From Dimorphilus gyrociliatus (taxonomy: Eukaryota; Animalia; Annelida), in assembly GCA_904063045.1 (NCBI GenBank), contig CAJFCJ010000063.1, forward strand, positions 1 to 63,019: a stretch of 63,019 bases of DNA. The letters are read 5' to 3'. A program made the position numbers and the translations under genes. The notes below the pieces were generated by a model, which saw only the letters and a program-made list of their open reading frames with translations, did not search any database and was not told the origin of the DNA. Shown here piece after piece: positions 56,407-63,019 of the stretch (position 1 is its first letter; the number at the start of each line of letters is the position of its first letter).

Positions 56407-58870
56407 GTTATCAATTAATTTTAGAGGAGAATTATCTTTATCCCAAGAGGAATTTAAATTTGAAATTGCTTCAATAAGTGGAATTTCTGATAATTGATAA
56501 TTTTGATGTTCTTTCAATAACTCACCATAAATATACAGTTCATACATTTCCAAAATATCTGAACTAGTTTTTTGTATATACAAGAAACGACCAACATTTG
56601 GGGGAAAACAATTCCATATTAGTGTACTACCAATTCGTGATGTTAAACTGTCAAGGTCATTTGATAAGCAAGATGAATTATGTACTGTTCCAGAATTAAC
56701 GAAATTGATTCTTTTAACCAAAATGTTAAATATCAAATTTGTATATCTGAAAACTATATTTAAAAAAAAATTATTAGAAAAACTGTAAATATTTGAAATT
56801 CCTACAAAGTACAACTGCAAGAAAAATATGTATTTTACATACCATTATTTGAATGTCTCATTTTTAATCCAATGTGAAATATTCTATACAGGTTAAGAAG
56901 GTCTACATAAAACCATTTAAATATTTCAACTTTAGTAATACTGCAATGGCCTCTGCTAGATCCATCAGTAGCAAATGCTGCATAAAATGGATATTCAGGA
57001 TGATTAGTGTTTGGATAGTTGGAAGATTGCCAACAAGGTTTCCCTCTTGCAATATTTATAAATTCTAATATATAAAATAAAATAGTTAGATTTTGCTATA
57101 ATTTTTGAATTGTTTACTAAAAATATTTCATTACCAGGTTTGTCAATGTAAAGGCCTACAATTTCAATTCTTTTCAATTTCATTACAGTTTGAGTACTAC
57201 TGTTGGCTTTTAGCAGAACAAATTGTCCTATAACAGGCCTATTGCATACAATTGAAGTAGTTGCATTATTTAATTCTTGAAGAATTTGTGAACATTTTTC
57301 ATTGGCTGTTAAAGTTTTATTCAGTAAGAAATGTTTATTGAGTATAAACACTTCTAATTGTTTTGTAAAGATTTTAATGACAAATATTTCATATATTAGA
57401 AATTTTCCATGCAAATCAATTGAGAAATAATGATCTCTGTTTTGTCTAGAAATATAATATTTTGAAAGATGTGCCTCTTCTAGTGGATACTCTCCATAAC
57501 TTTTGGCATCTTTTACAGACAGAACAAATACATCGGCATGCAACGCTAAATTATCTATTTATTGATTGGTGTTAATATTGTTAAAAATTCAAAAATGACT
57601 AAATATAAATTGTTCTTACTTGTATAAATTTCAATTTCACATATTACCACTTCCGGTTCTGTATCTATAAATGAAATGTTGACATATTGACCGGGTATCA
57701 TCGAATTTTGACACGTAAATCTATTTATCTCTTTTGTTGTATTTAAAAAGATATTTGTAATGCAAGAATTGTTTGTAAAGAGAATATTTTTGAATTTTTG
57801 AACAGATATTTCAAGAATTCCAATTTCTAATCTCCTATTTGGTAAATAGATATCTATATCTCTTATAGTATAGTCTGTAATTAGGTCAATAAATAGCCAA
57901 ATTGAAAGAGAATTAATATCTATAGCATTCATTTTGAATAGTTTTGAACAACCGCCTAGCTGTTCATTTGAATTTTTAATACCATCTACTATATGATTTA
58001 TATGATAGATCTCTTCTGGATTTGAAATTTCGCTATTATGTTTTATTTCTTTCCTATAAGCAATATTGTATTTTCCACTAGATTGAATGCCGTGACAATA
58101 ATTATTTCGCAAGATTTCTTTAGAAGAATTTGAAATATTTAAAATTTCAAAATTTTTATTTACATTTCCATATTCTTCAATATCATTTTTTATTTCATCA
58201 GTTGAACTGACACCATTTAAATATTTCTCATACCATTTATTAAAATTTTTATCATACCAAAATCTTCCGGAAGAACAGTTTGAATATTTTCTCCAAAGAA
58301 TGGTTAGACAGTGCTCAACAGTCATCTCTTTAAACGAATCGTTATGACACAATTCATTTTCGAATAAATCTACAAAAAGAATATATGATATTTGTTTGAA
58401 TGTTCTCTTGTTTTTTTTAGAACAAAACATTATCTTACCTACAGGAATCATTGTTAAAAGTTCGTCAAAATAATTTCCCTTATATATTTGATAATTGCAT
58501 TTTGTTTTCATATGGCATCTAGACTGTTTGGTGGGAAATTGTAGTCCTATTGTCAAACTACCACAGCCCACTGTGTTTTGACACAGTTTGAAACAATCTG
58601 AAATTTGTGTTGAAAGAGGTTTACTGTCATCCATATCTTCATATTGTATATCATCTCCAAAACAATCAAATGTTGTAGATACATAATCAACACCTAGTGA
58701 AATTGAAGAAAAATGATAAAAGAGAGCTGTTTTTTATAAATATCTCTTACCTAAACTACAAATCTCTTTGTAATAAGAATAATCGCATTGACAAACTCCA
58801 TTAATACATTTTCCATTTGGATATAAACAATCTTTGTCGAATTTACAACAAACTGTTAATTTAAAATGCT
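56407..58870 (-). CDS. Multi-exon EGF/PAN/fucolectin(F5-8C)-like gene, truncated at the element B LTR
   Basis: EGF-like CLYPNGKCINGVCQC; PAN-like ISDCFKLCQNTVGC; F-type lectin-like NIAYRK..IVDG..WLFIDL..GQYVNI..ICEIEIY repeated; the last repeat stops at SPLKLIDN against the LTR. Confidence 0.55.
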
Positions 58871-59177
58871 AAAATATTATAATTAGAATAGTTTCAATAC
58901 TTTTTTTTACCTGTAAAATTTGAATGAAATGTTAGAATTGTTGTGAAAAAAAGATAGAAACTTTTGCTATTCATTTAATTTTTGAACAGTGTCTTCAACA
59001 TTACAGATTGCCAAATGCAATGTTTTATGAAATGTTCAACAATGAATAATTCAAAAAAGGTGTTAACTTTTCAAATAATTTCTGTCTTTTGTTTAGATCA
59101 ATTCATACTTCAATAATGAAATATGCTCTACATTGCCTTTTAATATATTCATATCCATTATTTTTTATTCAACCAGG

Positions 59178-60848
59178 TATAAAGTGGACGACAGGTATGT
59201 TGGAACACCTCAAATTTTTATAGGCCAAATATTAAAAATCTTTTTTGTGATGAAAGAGATTATTTTTTTTATTTTTTTAGTGTTTAATAATAGGTTCAAC
59301 TTGCAATTTTATATAAATTTCTGTAAAACAAACAGCAGTTGGGTACATTTTTACATATTTTTTTTTTATAGAAATTACCATAGTTTTCTGATTTTTTTTT
59401 CTTATTTGGCAGTGGGACATGTTTATTGGAACAATGTTCAATAGTTAAATTTTTGGTCTACTTTTGTATGTGCCCACCCTCTCTTTCTATACATTTGCTT
59501 ATTCTACTGCCCATTCCCCCATATAAGCCTGGCAACAAGAGTGGATTTCTGTTGATAACCTCATAGGAGCATTTCATAATCTTTTCCCACAGTTCATCCT
59601 CTGTCTCGAACTGTGGACTATCATAGACCATTGTCTTGGTCAGATGCCACATGTTCTCTATTGGACTTAGATCAGGGCTCCTTGCTGGCCAATCTATGGG
59701 CTTGATATTATTGCTTTTAAAGGCCCTTTTTGTTTTTCTTGCAGTGTGACAGCCAGCATTGTCTTGCTGGAAGATGTACTGCCTGCCCATTTTTGCCTCA
59801 ATTTCTTCTATGACAGGCAGAACATCTTCTACAATGAAGGAGCTATAGTTTTCAGCATTCAGCTTGCTCCTTATCCTCCAGACTTCAAATATGCCATCAG
59901 AGATTATCAACCCCCACACCAATACTCCACCTCTCCCCATATTTTTTGTGACCCTGAAGTCCTTTTCGCTGTTACTGGTCCAAGTCCTAAAATTGTTAGG
60001 TCCACTTAGCGAAAACCTAGCCTCATCAGTAAAAATAACCCTAGACCAGTCTAGATTTTCGCTAATAACTTTGAGGCAGTATGCTTTTCTGTGTTTACAG
60101 TCTTTGGAGGTGAGATCAGTTCTTTGTCTGACTCTTTTATATTTGAAATTTTGTCTTTTCAGCTCCCTCTGTATTGTTCTTATGCTTACATCTACTTCTA
60201 ATTCTTTTCATATCTTTGCTGCTGTCACTCTTTGCTTGTTATCTTTAAATTTCTTTAAAATTCTTTTCATCCTCACAATCTCTCTGTCGGAAAGCTTCTT
60301 TGGACCTCCCCTATTTTCTTGTTCTGGCTTCTTATACTTTAGTATGTACCTAATTGATGATGGTGCCATTCCTAAAACTCTTGCTGTTGCCCTTAATTTG
60401 CCTATTTCACTATATTTCTTGATTACCAAATCCCTTATATCTTGACTCCAAACCATAATTAATAAAATACAATATAAATTATGTGCAGTAATTTTTAATA
60501 TTCAATAACTAATTAACTTAACTTAAAACAGGAAAAAAGTTGAAAAATTTTTTGTTTGAGAAATCTATTTTAATATCAAACCAGATGTCAACTCAATGTT
60601 CCAATAAACATATTGAGCTGCCAAATAAAGAAAAAACTTATGAAAATTATTAAAAATTTTTGCTAATAATCTTCACAAAATATTATCATTTTCTTAAATT
60701 TTTTTCAATATTATGTCAATTTAACTCTTTTTCAATATAAATTCAGACAAAAAATACTAATTTGCAGAGGACAAACAATTTTAACATTAATTAAAAATTG
60801 GCCTATCAAAATTTATGGTGTCCATATATACATGTTGTCCACTTTATA
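59178..60848 (-). mobile_element. Tc1 (DD34E) transposon with long IR/DR-type inverted repeats
   Basis: Inverted ends TA-TAAAGTGGAC(G/A)ACA; inner inverted blocks TTATTTGGCAG..ATGTTTATTGGAACA (~59400 and ~60600); TA flanks. Confidence 0.88.
59458..60456 (-). pseudogene. Tc1 transposase with a single in-frame TGA (60208-60210)
   Basis: HTH N-terminus, RGGPKKL linker, VIFTDE, FQQDNAGCH, WPARSPDLSPIE with 34 residues between D and E; reading through the TGA keeps frame with ORF 59458..59940. Confidence 0.9.
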
Positions 60849-61341
60849 TTCAAATAGACAATTGATGATTCAAAATCTTATACAACTCATAAGTATGTAT
60901 TTAAAATTGTAGAGGGCGCTCGCAGTCTATTCATCAAAAGTGAGAATTGAGATTATAAAAACAAAAATGGCTAAATACCATTTCAATTATACATTTTTTG
61001 AATTAGAAGTTAAAAAATTCAACAAAATAGAGACAGCTGATACTCTACTAAAAGTGTTTTTTATGAAATAATCTACAATGGCATCCATCATTGAAACAGC
61101 TACATTTGAGGATTCAACACAATATTTTAACCTACTTCAGTTGGATGTAAAATTGTAATTACAATAGAGAACATGTGGACAATTTTTTCGAATTTGAATT
61201 GTTCTGAGATCTGTCTTGTTCATGTTTCTGCTTCTCTCTATTAAAATATTCTCTTTCTTTTTCATGTCTTTCTTTTTCCAACTCAAATCACCGTCTTTCA
61301 GCTTCAATTCTCTTCCTTTCTTCTTCGATTTCTTTTAATTC

Positions 61342-63019
61342 TCATTCTTTATGTCTCTTTTCATTAGACAACTCTTTCTCTGTTCTATCATTATCTTCTT
61401 GTGGAAGAATACACTGGTTTTTAACTGCCTTATTTAAATTTTTACTTTCACTTTCAATACTATCATTTTCGAAATTTATGACATTCCTATCTGATAGAAC
61501 TTTTACATCATCATTCAGGTTAGAATCGAATGGAATACTTTCGGAATCCTGCTTAGAAGCTAGCAAATATTTGCAACCAGGCACATTCATATCAATTTTC
61601 GAAATTAATTGATTAAATTCATCGCCTTCCCATAGTTTATTATCTTTCCTCCTGTGAAAACCTATGTATAACAGTTGTGCAAATACCATTGACATTGGTC
61701 CCTCTGGAGGCCATTTCATATCATCTAATAATAATGGTATAATTGGTTTATTTAATGCTCCCGATAATGAAACTTCTCTTCGACAATTAGCACTTAAAGC
61801 ATGTTTTGGTGTGACACAGGAAATAACAACTCTACAACCTCTGATTCCTTTATCAATTTTATCAAATAGTGAATCTCCACCACCCATTTGCATTATGTCC
61901 AGCCAACAATGATATCCCAATCCACTCAACTTCTTGTATAGGCATCTGATTTGAGGTTGTTTATCCCATTGATAAGAGATGAAAACATTGGGACTTCTCA
62001 CTTCTTCGTCCTCACTTTTAGCATTCAATGTTTTGGATTCTACAGCCTTTTGCTCTCTCTTTGGTATTATTATTTCTTCTTCAGGTGGATTCATCCATCC
62101 TGCATATGGAGAATCTTTAGCTGTCAATTTCATATCAGGAACAACATAGTATCGAATTTGCATCAGTAGTTCTTGAAATTTAGGAGGCATCCAAAACACT
62201 TTATCACCTTTTTGCATGCCTCCATTTTTGAAGAATTGAATGTATAGATATTCAGACATAATTGGACCCATCAGACCAGCAGGCGGCCATTGTAGTTTTT
62301 CCATAAGTAAAGGAATCATTGGTTTACCAAGATTAGTTGTTAAATTTACTTCTCTGCAACAATTTGCTGATTTTGAGTATTTCTCACTTACACAGCTAAT
62401 GATTACTTTAGCTGATCTTACGCCATCATTAATTTTTGAATATAGTTTATCACCTCCACCCATTTGACCAATGTCCATCCAGCCTTTAAAGCCGGCCATC
62501 TCTAGGTGTTTCTTTAACATTTTAACTTCTTGTTGATGTCCCTATTGATAGCTGAGAAATATTTCAGGTTTTTTGAATTCTTCTTCTTCATCTTTAACAA
62601 CATTTTTTACAGAAGCTAAAGCGTTTTCTACAATTTCTGCTGCATTGAGTCTGTTCATTTCTTTTAAATTATTTAAAATGGCAAAAGTAGCTTCTCTTGT
62701 TTTGTGTGTAGCGAACCATTCGTCCAACATCGATAGACAAGGATCTGGTTGAGTAGCCCAATGTCGAATATCATCATTAGAATAGTTCAATTTCATAGAG
62801 AGAAGTCTCCAATCATTATCAGATTGATCATTCATTAATTCTGAAACATGACGAGACCATGCTGGAGCGTGTGATAGAGTCATATGATTTAATAGTTCAA
62901 CTCTTTCGTCAAGTCCTTTGATTGTATATTCAATTTGATCAATGCGTTTCTTTGTTTCCTTTACATCTTGTTTTACATCAGCAACATCTTTCTTTGTTTC
63001 TTTATCATCGGTATCGAGG
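61342..63019 (-). CDS. Coiled-coil, Death domain, tandem TIR (TIR_2-like) protein C-terminus with an in-frame TAG; extends past the right edge
   Basis: DWRLLSMKLNY..MLDEW (Death); two FxSYQ(W)..WxDIxQMGGGDxL..IxxGxR..SxNCxREV..KPxIPLL..WPP repeats; TAG at 62542-62544 aligns with Trp of the second TIR. Confidence 0.85.

Noticed and set aside
59746-60445. Plus-strand ORFs 59746..60009 and 59864..60445, and other short antisense ORFs over pol, env, sacsin and TIR genes
   Set aside because: They are shadows of well-supported opposite-strand coding sequences, with no motifs of their own.
35312-62544. Alternative genetic code or selenocysteine to explain several in-frame stops
   Set aside because: The stops replace different residues (Cys, Arg, Trp), include both TGA and TAG, and TGA ends normal ORFs here (10317, 23709). 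No SECIS was recognised.

Overview
AT-rich eukaryotic (invertebrate-like) genomic DNA with very short GT-AG introns (about 55-75 bp), densely packed with transposons. The compact gene style and TTAGGG-bearing repeats suggest a compact lophotrochozoan genome such as a meiofaunal annelid; this is an unverified guess. Two young, full-length, related Ty3/Gypsy (Metaviridae) LTR retroelements dominate. Element A (1670-10983, +) sits inside a giant exon of a sacsin-like gene, with a GTAG target-site duplication (TSD). Element B (44982-56406, -) has no TSD and carries a nested Mutator (MULE) DNA transposon. Both have TGTAC...GTACA LTR termini, the same tRNA-Ser-type primer-binding site (PBS) and homologous envelope genes with class III (rhabdovirus-G-like) features. 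After repairing single lesions by hand, each reads as one gag-pol-env polyprotein of about 2600 aa. Element A also carries a second aspartic protease between integrase and env, about 70% identical to element B's protease. In both elements that protease is followed by an acidic Ser-rich spacer holding tandem SUMO-interacting-motif (SIM)-like repeats. This protease/SIM-array/fusogen polyprotein design is the main candidate for an undescribed system. Also present: a minimal hammerhead ribozyme, several MULE relics, an IR/DR-type Tc1 element, many LTR relics of both families, a TTAGGG-containing MITE family, and host genes (sacsin-like, ITI-HC/VWD-like, PAN/trefoil, SAM methyltransferase, GPCR, EGF-PAN-fucolectin, Death-TIR-TIR), several of them disrupted. 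All calls come from manual reading and motif recognition; no database search was run.
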